From a virus, in IMG/VR virus record IMGVR_UViG_3300050821_007764, positions 1-64,000 of that record: a stretch of 64,000 bases of DNA, one strand, 5' to 3'. Of the stretch, positions 36,583 through 45,593 are shown in pieces. The position numbers and the translations under genes are program-made. The notes beneath the pieces were generated by a model that worked only from the letters and a program-made list of their open reading frames with translations, did no database searches and had not been told where the DNA came from. Numbering within the stretch: position 1 is the first letter of the stretch; every line of letters starts with the position of its first letter.

Positions 36583-37268
36583 ACGGCGAGGTACTACTAC
36601 AGGGCATCGTAGGAAGCCAGGCGTATGGCTTCGCGCATGAGGGGTCGGACATCGACCGCCTCGGACTGTACGCCGCGCCGACGTCCTCATTCTTCGGGCT
36701 GGGGAAGCCGCAGGAGTCCTACGTCACCACCAAGCCGGACCTCACCCTGCACGAGGCCCAGAAGTGGTGCCGTCTGGCCCTCAAGTGCAACCCCACGGCC
36801 ATGGAACTCGTCTGGCTGCCGGAGGGTCTTTACGAGGTCCGGCACCCCCTCGGGGATGACCTGATCGCTATCCGGCGGTCCTTCCTGTCCGCCAGGGCCG
36901 TCCGCAACTCCTACCTCGGTTACGCCAGCAGTCAGCTCAGCAAGCTGAAGCACACGGCCATCAAGATGGACACGCACGAGGATCCTGCCGCTGTGCAGGA
37001 CCGGCGGCGTAAGCACGCACGGCACCTGGTCCGCCTCATGCTGCAAGGCGTCGGGCTGCACCAGGGCGATGACCTTGTTGTCCGGTTGCCGTCTCCTGGT
37101 TACGTGGTGGAGACGGCCAGCGCGATCGTCCTGGATCCCAGGATCGGGGACATGCTGCTGGCTGGTGCGGAGAAGGTCTTCGACAAAACCAGCCAGCTGC
37201 CGGAGGAGCCGAACACGGTCGTGGTGGAGGCGTGGCTGCACGGGGTGCGCCGGTCGTTCCTGGAGTAG
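36579..37268 (+). CDS. Pol-beta superfamily nucleotidyltransferase (YcgL/RlaP-like)
   Basis: GSQAYG..GSDID; KCNPTAMELV; KHARHLVRL. Confidence 0.85.
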   Translation: MNGEVLLQGIVGSQAYGFAHEGSDIDRLGLYAAPTSSFFGLGKPQESYVTTKPDLTLHEAQKWCRLALKCNPTAMELVWLPEGLYEVRHPLGDDLIAIRRSFLSARAVRNSYLGYASSQLSKLKHTAIKMDTHEDPAAVQDRRRKHARHLVRLMLQGVGLHQGDDLVVRLPSPGYVVETASAIVLDPRIGDMLLAGAEKVFDKTSQLPEEPNTVVVEAWLHGVRRSFLE

Positions 37269-37321
37269 ACGACCACTCCCAAGTGTGCTAGTATTCAAAC
37301 ACACGAGGGAACGGAGGAACC

Positions 37322-37516
37322 ATGGACTTGACTGACGCAGAGCTCACGCTGCTGCTGAACGACCTGCTGGACCGCGTCAACAACGAGATCCGCCACGACA
37401 CCGACGGTCTCGATGACGCCCAGCGGGCGGCCGTCGACAGCCTCGGCGAGAAGGCGTACGCCGAGGCCCGTGCCCGCAAGCAGCTGCGCCCCGCAGAGTT
37501 CTGGTGGGTGCACTGA
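37322..37516 (+). CDS. hypothetical protein
   Basis: promoter at about 37266, GGAGG RBS. Confidence 0.7.
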   Translation: MDLTDAELTLLLNDLLDRVNNEIRHDTDGLDDAQRAAVDSLGEKAYAEARARKQLRPAEFWWVH

Positions 37517-37692
37517 TGGCTGGAGCACGGGGGCCCGCATTCCGGGACATCTGTTCCGTCTGCGAGGGCAGTTACGCACTCACCGTCAAGGGCCTCATCG
37601 GCAAGCACCCGGCCTCCGCGCAGGAGTTCGCCGACGACAAGGGCAAATGCCGGGGCGGGGGCAAGCTGCCCAAGCCCAAGAACAGTCGCTGA
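37516..37692 (+). CDS. small zinc-binding protein
   Basis: CSVC..H..C; TGATG coupling. Confidence 0.6.
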   Translation: MAGARGPAFRDICSVCEGSYALTVKGLIGKHPASAQEFADDKGKCRGGGKLPKPKNSR

Positions 37693-37793
37693 CCCCTCGT
37701 CTGCTACGCTCAGCCGCGCGACAGGTCGAGGGGTCGCCAGGGACGCCACAGGCATGTGGCGTCCCCTCCCTCATGTACAGGAAAGAGGAAAGC

Positions 37794-38237
37794 ATGTCCG
37801 GCGAAAGAGTCGCGTCCTACGACGAGTTCATGAACATCCTGGCCGACGCCAGCAAGCTCGGTCTGTGCAACGCACCCGACCCCAGCAGCATCAAGAACCT
37901 CACCCCCGGGGCGGACGTCGTCCTGTCCCTGGAGGAGATGGGCTGCGACTTCACGGCTTTCAGGGCCCCCTACCACCACCGCGTCCGCGCCGTCGTCCTG
38001 TACGAGCGCACCGCCCACATCGTGGACATCCAGGACACGACCTGGGTCCTCCTGAAGACCGTCGAGGAGTGGATCGCCTCGCTCCCGATCATGGTTCTCC
38101 CCGCCGAGGTCATCGCGGCGACCGAACCTGACGCCCCCGAGGAGGACGGCCCCGCCGGGGTGCGGGAGCCGTCCGAGCCCGCCGCGCCGACCGACGATGC
38201 GGGGGCGGCCGTTCCGCACGAGGCCCCCGTGGGGTAG
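37794..38237 (+). CDS. hypothetical protein with acidic/Pro tail
   Basis: RBS, codon bias. Confidence 0.7.
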   Translation: MSGERVASYDEFMNILADASKLGLCNAPDPSSIKNLTPGADVVLSLEEMGCDFTAFRAPYHHRVRAVVLYERTAHIVDIQDTTWVLLKTVEEWIASLPIMVLPAEVIAATEPDAPEEDGPAGVREPSEPAAPTDDAGAAVPHEAPVG

Positions 38238-38319
38238 AGTGACCCAGGAGAAACGACGAAGGCCCGCGCCTGGCTCGGCAGCGGGCCTTCGGTCGTCTCC
38301 GGACCCTCTGGCAGGCAAG

Positions 38320-38348
38320 TTGATCATGCCTCGACTGCTGCCTAGAAT
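38320..38348 (+). promoter_or_regulatory. HrdB-type promoter of the replication module
   Basis: TTGATC-N17-TAGAAT. Confidence 0.65.
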
Positions 38349-38442
38349 GGGGTGATCACCGCACTTCACGGCACCTCTGGTGCCCTGCCGGAGGGAGCTC
38401 TCGTGTGTACTCTGCACCTGCGGCAGGCAAAGCGAAGCGCGC

Positions 38443-41082
38443 ATGAACACGAGTGACGTCACCGCGCAGCCACCAGCTGCGGTCAACGACCTCACTCCGT
38501 ACCGAGCGGCCCTCTGGTACCAGGAACGCGGCCTGTTCCCCATCCCCTGGATTGTCCAGGGCGGCCAGAAGATCGCCGCCACGGGCAAGTTCACCTATGA
38601 AGCGTACACCTCACAACCCCAGGGAATCACCTGGGTCATGGACGAGTGGCCCTACCATGACGAATGGCAGGTCGGCCTCGCCCTCCACGAGAACACCGGC
38701 GTCTTCGCCGTGGACGTGGACGACCCCGAACAGCTGACCCGCTGGGAGAGCGAGAACGGCCCCCTCCAGGGAGACACCTGGACCCAGACCACTGGCCGCG
38801 ACGGCGGCGGAGAGCACCGCCTGTTCCGCCTCGCCGGGCGCAATGCCGTCTGGCCCCGGCAGGGCTCCTTCGACGCCGCGTACCCCAAACTGGAGTTCCG
38901 CTCCAACGGACTGGTCGCCGTCGCCCCCTCCATCCACCCCAGCGGCCGGAAGTACCGCTGGAAGGACGATTCCCCTGTCGAGATCGCCGAGACGGCCTGG
39001 GGCCTCACCTCACTGATCGGGGCCCGCGCCGTACGCAAGGACCGGAGCGGATCCTCCGGTTCAACGCGCGCGCAGGTTCAGCCGGACGGGACCCGCGCCG
39101 TTGTCGCCGACATGGACGCACTCCTGACCGGCGGAGTCCCCGCAGGCCAGTCCCAGCACGTCGCCCTGCGGGACCTCGTGTGGGACGCCGCCAGCCGTGG
39201 CATGTCCGATATCATGATCCGCGTCCTGTGGGACACTGTTGTCGCCCGCACCCCCCTCGCCCGGCCCGACCAGCCATGGACCTCGGCCGACTTCGACCGG
39301 CACCTGGCCGGGGCCCGGGACAAGCTCGGCGGCGGCGTCAGCACCAAGCTGCTGCGCTGGGCCGTCCGGGTCCACAACGAGGCACAGCAGGCCAGAATGG
39401 CAGCCCCAGCGCCCGCCATCACTTCCCCAAGTGGTGAAGTGACACCGCCGCCGCCGCCGACACCGTCAGTCGATCCTGCTCCGGCGAACGACACGACGGC
39501 CTACCTGCTGCGACCCCTCCCCTTCACTGAGCTCAAGCAGTACGGACCGCACCAGGAAGGCATGGGGGAGCTCTTCGCCGACCGCTTCCATGATGTATTC
39601 AAATGGTGCAATGAAGAGAACGCCTACTACACCTGGTTCAGTTTCGACGGCACACCAGTAACCCACTGGAGCCGTGAAGCATTCAACGGCATATCACCAA
39701 AGTTCGTACACATGGTACGTAAACTCGGCCTGGTTGTCCGGGAAAGCGTCAATGCGCATATCGCATCCGTCGACCAGAGCACGGCCGATGGGCGGCAGAA
39801 AGTCAAGGAAGCAAACGCATACCTTCTCCCCTTCCAGAAGGCTGACACCATCCGGGGCGTAGCGAAAATCGTCGCCAGTGACCAGCGCGTTGCTGTAACA
39901 CCAACAGACTTCACAGCAAAACCGCACCTCCTCAACTTCCGCACCGGAACCTACGACGTCCGCACCGGACAACTCCTCCCGCACCGCCGCGAAGACATGA
40001 ACACCGTCACCATCAACCGGGACCTCGACCTCGCCATCGCGGAAAAGCCCCTCAGGGAAGTAGCACCGCTCTTCGACAGCATGATCTGGCGCATGTGCGG
40101 CGCACCCGGTGAAGTCGACCACGACACCCACACCAAGCGCGCTGACGCCGTCAAGCGCTGGCTTGGATACCAGCTCCACGGATCCAACCCGGAGAAGAAG
40201 ATGGGCGTCTTCGAAGGGGCGACCTCCATCGGCAAGAATCAGGTGGTGGAAGCCCTCGGTGACATCGTCTCCGAGTACGCCTACACCTCCTGCCCGCCGA
40301 GCCTGCTCATCCGCAGCCGCCAGGACCGGCACAGCTCGGTGGAGGCGAACCTCTCCGGCAAGCGCATGGTCGTCGTCAACGAGATGACGAAGGACCAGGT
40401 GCTGGACGAAGCCCAGGTACTGCGCCTGGTCAACCCGGAGGGCACCCGCGTGGACCTGCGCAAGATGCGGGAGAACGCCATCTCCACAGAGATCACCTGG
40501 TCCCTCACCGTTACCACCAACGCCATGCCCCGCACTGACACCACCGACCAGATTCTCGGACGCCTCGCCTTCTACCCCCTGTCCAAGCGTGCCGTCCCCG
40601 AAGAGGACCGCGACAGCAGCCTCAAAGCGCGCATCCTCCAGCAGGAGTCCGACGAGATCCTCGCCCACGCGGTGACCTGGTGGCGGCAGTGGTGGGTTGC
40701 CCGCGAGAACGGTGACAAGAACGCCCTCGCCCTCCCGCAGGAGTCCCGGGAGACGCTGGCCGAGTTCGTCGAGGACAATCTCACCCCCCTGCACGAATTC
40801 ATCGACGACCTGTGCGAAATCGTGCCCGGCGAGTACGTGGACGCGAAAGACCTCTGGCGCAAAGCCGTCGCCTACTGGGACGACCAGCACCGTGACAAGC
40901 GCCTGGAATACTCCGGAGGCCGCAAAGAGTTGTACAAACTCCTCAGCGAAATCCCAGGGATCGAGCGGCGCACACGGGGGTCGAAGAAGAACCTCATCGG
41001 CTTCGGGAACCTTCGTGTACGGGCCCTGTACGGAGCCGCAGACGCGGCCCTGCACGCCTGGGCCGGTCGGCAGGGGGACTAG
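38443..41082 (+). CDS. bifunctional primase-polymerase fused to D5/P4-like SF3 helicase
   Basis: AVDVD..TGRDGGGEH..APSIHPSGRKYRW; LNFRTG; GATSIGKN Walker A variant; VVNE. Confidence 0.9.
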   Translation: MNTSDVTAQPPAAVNDLTPYRAALWYQERGLFPIPWIVQGGQKIAATGKFTYEAYTSQPQGITWVMDEWPYHDEWQVGLALHENTGVFAVDVDDPEQLTRWESENGPLQGDTWTQTTGRDGGGEHRLFRLAGRNAVWPRQGSFDAAYPKLEFRSNGLVAVAPSIHPSGRKYRWKDDSPVEIAETAWGLTSLIGARAVRKDRSGSSGSTRAQVQPDGTRAVVADMDALLTGGVPAGQSQHVALRDLVWDAASRGMSDIMIRVLWDTVVARTPLARPDQPWTSADFDRHLAGARDKLGGGVSTKLLRWAVRVHNEAQQARMAAPAPAITSPSGEVTPPPPPTPSVDPAPANDTTAYLLRPLPFTELKQYGPHQEGMGELFADRFHDVFKWCNEENAYYTWFSFDGTPVTHWSREAFNGISPKFVHMVRKLGLVVRESVNAHIASVDQSTADGRQKVKEANAYLLPFQKADTIRGVAKIVASDQRVAVTPTDFTAKPHLLNFRTGTYDVRTGQLLPHRREDMNTVTINRDLDLAIAEKPLREVAPLFDSMIWRMCGAPGEVDHDTHTKRADAVKRWLGYQLHGSNPEKKMGVFEGATSIGKNQVVEALGDIVSEYAYTSCPPSLLIRSRQDRHSSVEANLSGKRMVVVNEMTKDQVLDEAQVLRLVNPEGTRVDLRKMRENAISTEITWSLTVTTNAMPRTDTTDQILGRLAFYPLSKRAVPEEDRDSSLKARILQQESDEILAHAVTWWRQWWVARENGDKNALALPQESRETLAEFVEDNLTPLHEFIDDLCEIVPGEYVDAKDLWRKAVAYWDDQHRDKRLEYSGGRKELYKLLSEIPGIERRTRGSKKNLIGFGNLRVRALYGAADAALHAWAGRQGD

Positions 41083-41156
41083 GACGCCTGTCCGACACGC
41101 CCCTGACCTGGTAAAGTCGGATCTTGTACAAGGAACACCGAACCGAAGGAGGATCC

Positions 41157-41720
41157 GTGGAAGCAGTAAAAGCCACCACGCCGCCGCAGGAGACAATCCA
41201 CATCCTCCCGGACGCCGCCGGGCAGCCCCGCAAGCGGTTCTCCGGCACCCACCTCGCGTTCGCCTCCACCGGGGACTCCAAATGGAAGCGCCCCCGCTGG
41301 CTGACCCTGGACCTGTACCGCAAGGCCGACGGCACCTACATCCTGCACCGCACCGGGTACAGTGTGGTCTACCACGACCCGGACGGCTGCGAGGGCGGCG
41401 AGGGCATGACGCTGTCCGAGCTGCTGGAGGTGACCTCCGAGGGCGTCCCGTGCGAAAAGTGCAGCCCGATGCCGTTCGATGCTGTCAAACTGGCCATCGA
41501 ACGCGGTCGGGGCAGCGAGATCATCCTGCTGGAGCGCATCTACTACAAGGTGATCGAGGCCGCCACCGTCCCAGAGCTGGTGAAAGCGCTGGAGTTCGTC
41601 CCCAAAACGTCGAGCACCGGCACCCCGGTCATCAGCCGTCCCGGACAGGAGCTGCTGCTGCGAGCCGCCGAGCATGATGCGCCCATCGCCGCCACGTTCG
41701 ACGCCGTTGAGGACATCTGA
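41157..41720 (+). CDS. hypothetical protein
   Basis: AGGAGG RBS, GTG; RWLTLDLYR..GYSVVYH. Confidence 0.75.
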   Translation: MEAVKATTPPQETIHILPDAAGQPRKRFSGTHLAFASTGDSKWKRPRWLTLDLYRKADGTYILHRTGYSVVYHDPDGCEGGEGMTLSELLEVTSEGVPCEKCSPMPFDAVKLAIERGRGSEIILLERIYYKVIEAATVPELVKALEFVPKTSSTGTPVISRPGQELLLRAAEHDAPIAATFDAVEDI

Positions 41721-41727
41721 TTGAGAT

Positions 41728-41757
41728 TTGACACACCAGCCCGGCGGGGGGTAGGCT
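41728..41757 (+). promoter_or_regulatory. HrdB-type promoter
   Basis: TTGACA-N18-TAGGCT with CAGGAA leader. Confidence 0.7.
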
Positions 41758-41793
41758 GGCACCACACCAGGAAACAGGAAAGGAACACCCGCC

Positions 41794-43038
41794 ATGCCCG
41801 AACTCCGCGACATTGCCCGCGTCCGCAATGTCACCACCACTGCCACGACTGAGCTCGTGAACATCCCCGAGGTGGGAACCCCCGAGGGGCTCAGGACCGC
41901 CGCCGAGCTCGTTTACCACTCGGTCAGGGCGAAGACCACGAACAACTCCCCGCAGTACCCCAGGGACGGCACGCCGGGCAAGCACTGGCAGGGACGCATC
42001 CGCACCGAGGTCTTCTACGAACTGTGGCCCCAGCTGGACGACCGCATGTACGTGTCCGCCACCCAGCGCAACGAGATCATCGAGGCAGTCACCGACTACC
42101 TCGACACGTGCAAGGTGCTCGTCCGCAAGTCGGCGGACACCAAGTACAACCCGTCGATCTGGTGGGTCAGCGACCACTGGACCCCCATGGAGGTACGAAC
42201 CGTGCAGCCCGAACCGGCACAGGCACCGCAGGCCGTGCCAGGCGCAGGCTACCAGTGCCGGGGCTGTGACGAGACCTTCTCGATCCCGTCGGCACGCGGT
42301 ACGCACGAGTACCGCTCGCACAAGATCGCCATCGACGACGCGGGCACCGTCTACGCCTTCGACGAGAACTTCAACGAGGCATACACGGAGTCCCTCGTCC
42401 TTCGAGTCCTGAAGGACGTTGACAGCGTCGGCGAGTCCGTGTCCTTCCGGACGGTCCAGGTCTGTGCACACGACATCGACCCGCGCATGGGGAAGGTGAT
42501 CGTCAAGGGGGCAATCGGCAGGCTCGTCAGCAAGGGATCCGTCCGGCAGCTGGCCCACGGTGTCTACCCGAAGTACGCACTGGCTACCGCCGCCCCGGCC
42601 GAGGATGACACTGCCCCCGGCATCCCGGAGGAGGCCGCCGCCGTACTGCCCGGCCTGGAGCCGGAGACGGCCCCGGAGCCCGCCGTGCAGGTGACCTCCG
42701 TGGGCCCGGCCGTCGACAGCCTCACGGTCTCGCTGGACGGCCTGCGGCACATCCTGTCCACGACACGGGGGCAGTTCGAGAGCGCGGAGGCGGCCACCAT
42801 CGCCGTGTTCGAGCGGGCCAGCTGGTTGGAAGGACAGCTGGCCCGGACCGAGCGGGAGCTTGCCGCCGCCAAGATGAAGCTCATCCCGCGCGGTACGGCT
42901 GGTCCCGAGGCGGAGGCTCTGCGTGCGACTGTTCAGGAGCTCTCCGAGAAGCTGGCAGAGGCTGTCAGGGAGCGGGACGAGGTCCAGAGCAGGCTGGACA
43001 ACTTCCAGCAGGCACTGCGGGGCCTCGGCGTCCAGTAG
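41794..43038 (+). CDS. protein with C2H2-like zinc finger and C-terminal coiled coil
   Basis: YQCRGCDETF..HEYRSH; heptads. Confidence 0.75.
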   Translation: MPELRDIARVRNVTTTATTELVNIPEVGTPEGLRTAAELVYHSVRAKTTNNSPQYPRDGTPGKHWQGRIRTEVFYELWPQLDDRMYVSATQRNEIIEAVTDYLDTCKVLVRKSADTKYNPSIWWVSDHWTPMEVRTVQPEPAQAPQAVPGAGYQCRGCDETFSIPSARGTHEYRSHKIAIDDAGTVYAFDENFNEAYTESLVLRVLKDVDSVGESVSFRTVQVCAHDIDPRMGKVIVKGAIGRLVSKGSVRQLAHGVYPKYALATAAPAEDDTAPGIPEEAAAVLPGLEPETAPEPAVQVTSVGPAVDSLTVSLDGLRHILSTTRGQFESAEAATIAVFERASWLEGQLARTERELAAAKMKLIPRGTAGPEAEALRATVQELSEKLAEAVRERDEVQSRLDNFQQALRGLGVQ

Positions 43039-43050
43039 CAGGTCACGACC

Positions 43051-43082
43051 AGGACCAGGGTAGCTTCTGCTGCCCTGGTCCT
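43051..43082 (+). terminator. intrinsic terminator-like hairpin
   Basis: AGGACCAGGGTAGC-TTCT-GCTGCCCTGGTCCT then TT. Confidence 0.6.
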
Positions 43083-43116
43083 TTAGTATGGGCGCACGCA
43101 CAAGGAAGGGGAACAG

Positions 43117-44901
43117 GTGGCGTCGCTCGACAACGTGGACCTGCGGCTGGTGGACTCCGTTGCCGAGGCCGTGGAGTTCAAACGGTTCCTGTCCGGGCGG
43201 CACGACAGCAACATCCTGGCCATTGACACAGAGTCATCATCACTCATGTGCTATGGAGCCGGTGAAAAACTCCGACTCATACAGATCGGCGACAAGCACT
43301 CCGGCTGGGTCATTCCCTGGGAACAGTGGGGTGGCGTCGCCGTCGAGGCCATCAGAGAATGGGAAGGCGACTGGGGCCTCCACAACGCCCCCCATGACTA
43401 CCAGTGGCTCAGCCACCACGCCGGAGTCGAACTCCCCTGGCACCGCATCCACGAGACCATGGTGCAAGTGGCCCTGGTGGACCCGCTCAAACCCAAGGGC
43501 CTCAAACCGGTCAGCGAGCGCATCTTCGGCAAAGCCGCACTGGCCGGGCAGAGCACCCTCAAGGCCGCCATGCAGGAACAGGGCTGGACCTGGGCAACCG
43601 TCCCCCTCGACTTCATGCCGTACATCATCTATGCCGCCCTGGACCCCGTGCTCACCTCGTGGATCGATGACGAGTACCGGCCGCAGGTCATGGAGGCAGC
43701 CTCCCAAGCGTACGACCTGGAACGCGGCGCACAGCGTGTCTGTACACGAATGATGCAGCGCGGAATGCTTCTGGACGTACCCTATGTAAACGCGGCACGG
43801 GACAAGCTCGTCGCTTACTCGGAGAAGGCCCGTGAATGGCTGAAGAGCCGTCACGGAATCACATCGCCAAACTCCGCCGCACAGCTCCGCCGGGCCTTCG
43901 AGGCGTACGGGCAGGAAATCCTGTTTTACACGAATGCCGGAGCACCGCAGTTTGACAAGCGCGCGCTGACATTCTATAAGATTGAAGGACAGAACCGGGA
44001 CATTGAACAGGTAGCGGATTGTGTCCTGAAGATCAGGCATGCCGAGAAAATTATCGGATCATACATGGATAATTTTCTCAAGTTCCGTGACCCGGATGAC
44101 GTCATTCACGCCAGTATCAATACCCTGGCGGCGCGTACGGGAAGAATGTCTGTAACGGGTCCGGCACTCCAGACCCTGCACCGTAATGACAAGATTGTCC
44201 GTGGCTCCTACATCCCGCGCCCAGGGCATGTATTCGTCACCTGTGACCTCTCCCAGGTGGAGTCAAGGCTCGCGGCCCACTTTACAGGCGACAAGGGCCT
44301 CGTGGACGCCTTCTGGGCAGCGGAGAGGGACGGCACGGACTTCTTCTGCGAGCTGGGCGAGTCCATTTTCGGGGAGCCGATCAGCAAGAAGGACCCCCGC
44401 CGGAACATGGTCAAGACCATTGTTTACCGCACCAATTACGGCGGCGGCGACAATATCGAGGAAATGGCCATCACCGCCGAGGTTCCCGTGGCGCAGATGG
44501 CCAAGGCAAAGGCAGGATTCGACAGCCGTTTCCCTGGCGTCAAGGCGGAACTCCAGCACACGGCGGACGTTGCCAAGCGCCGCAACCCGCCGCACCTGTT
44601 CAGCCCGTACGGACGGCGTTTCATGCTGGACCGGGGCAGCGAATACACCCAGGGATTCAACGCCAGAATCCAGGGACACGCGGCAGAGTATTTCAAGAAA
44701 AACCTGCTGGACATCGACGCGGCTGGGCTCGGCGAATATATGGTGTTGGTTGTTCACGATGAGGTGATTGCCGAAGTGCCAATCGACATGGCCGAAGAAG
44801 CCAAGCATGTCATCGAAACCTGCATGACCGACCGTGAAGGGTACAAGGTGCCCATCACAGCCGAAGCCAACATCCTCACGGAGCGGTGGGCAAAGACATG
44901 A
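43117..44901 (+). CDS. polA: DNA polymerase family A with 3'-5' exonuclease domain
   Basis: AIDTE, HNAPHD, YAALD; ARTGRMS, CDLSQVESR, KTIVY, NARIQG, VHDE. Confidence 0.95.
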   Translation: MASLDNVDLRLVDSVAEAVEFKRFLSGRHDSNILAIDTESSSLMCYGAGEKLRLIQIGDKHSGWVIPWEQWGGVAVEAIREWEGDWGLHNAPHDYQWLSHHAGVELPWHRIHETMVQVALVDPLKPKGLKPVSERIFGKAALAGQSTLKAAMQEQGWTWATVPLDFMPYIIYAALDPVLTSWIDDEYRPQVMEAASQAYDLERGAQRVCTRMMQRGMLLDVPYVNAARDKLVAYSEKAREWLKSRHGITSPNSAAQLRRAFEAYGQEILFYTNAGAPQFDKRALTFYKIEGQNRDIEQVADCVLKIRHAEKIIGSYMDNFLKFRDPDDVIHASINTLAARTGRMSVTGPALQTLHRNDKIVRGSYIPRPGHVFVTCDLSQVESRLAAHFTGDKGLVDAFWAAERDGTDFFCELGESIFGEPISKKDPRRNMVKTIVYRTNYGGGDNIEEMAITAEVPVAQMAKAKAGFDSRFPGVKAELQHTADVAKRRNPPHLFSPYGRRFMLDRGSEYTQGFNARIQGHAAEYFKKNLLDIDAAGLGEYMVLVVHDEVIAEVPIDMAEEAKHVIETCMTDREGYKVPITAEANILTERWAKT

Positions 44902-45098
44902 CCAACGTAATAGACCTCGATGCGTACCGGGGGCCCGACGATGACGGTCACGACGGTAACGTCCGCTGCCCAGAATGCGGAGACGCCTGGTGGGTACCAG
45001 CTGGAGTGACAATCTCCGAGGACGGCCAGATCAACGGGTACGCCTTCCCCGTTAAGTGCCATGAGTGCGCCTATGAAATGCCGGTACCGCATGCTTGA
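44898..45098 (+). CDS. zinc-ribbon protein
   Basis: CPEC..CHEC; ATGA overlap. Confidence 0.7.
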   Translation: MTNVIDLDAYRGPDDDGHDGNVRCPECGDAWWVPAGVTISEDGQINGYAFPVKCHECAYEMPVPHA

Positions 45099-45573
45099 TA
45101 TTCCTGAATTCGTGGTCTGGCTCGATCCGGGCCTGCACACAGGCTGGGCCACCCTCTTCCACGGCGAGCACTTCGACTCCGGCGAGGGCATTCTCCCCGA
45201 GATCGGAGAACTCCTAGAGGATTACGCAGGCATCTACCAGGACAGGATGGCCATCGGCTGGGAGCAGTTCATCATCACCCCCGGCGGCGGCCGGAGCAGT
45301 ACCGCAGGACCCGCCATCGAGGTCATTGGAATGGCACGCTGGCTCGGCTACAAGCACCACTGCGAGATGCTCAAGCCGGTGCCGTCCGCCATGCGCACCA
45401 GCGTCTCCGTGGATGTACTGAAACGGCTCCAGTGGCACGCACCCGGCATGGACCACGCCACTCAGGCGGCCCGTCACCTGGCGGCGTGGATGCTCCGGGA
45501 GAACCTGTTCACCCCGAAGGAGAAGGCGCAGATGTTCGCCGAGGAGGATTGTCAGACCCCAGTCGTAGAGTGA
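45091..45573 (+). CDS. RuvC-like Holliday junction resolvase
   Basis: WLDPGLHTGWA, WEQF, DHATQAARH. Confidence 0.7.
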   Translation: MLDIPEFVVWLDPGLHTGWATLFHGEHFDSGEGILPEIGELLEDYAGIYQDRMAIGWEQFIITPGGGRSSTAGPAIEVIGMARWLGYKHHCEMLKPVPSAMRTSVSVDVLKRLQWHAPGMDHATQAARHLAAWMLRENLFTPKEKAQMFAEEDCQTPVVE

Positions 45574-45593
45574 GGGCACTGGAAGGGGAACCA

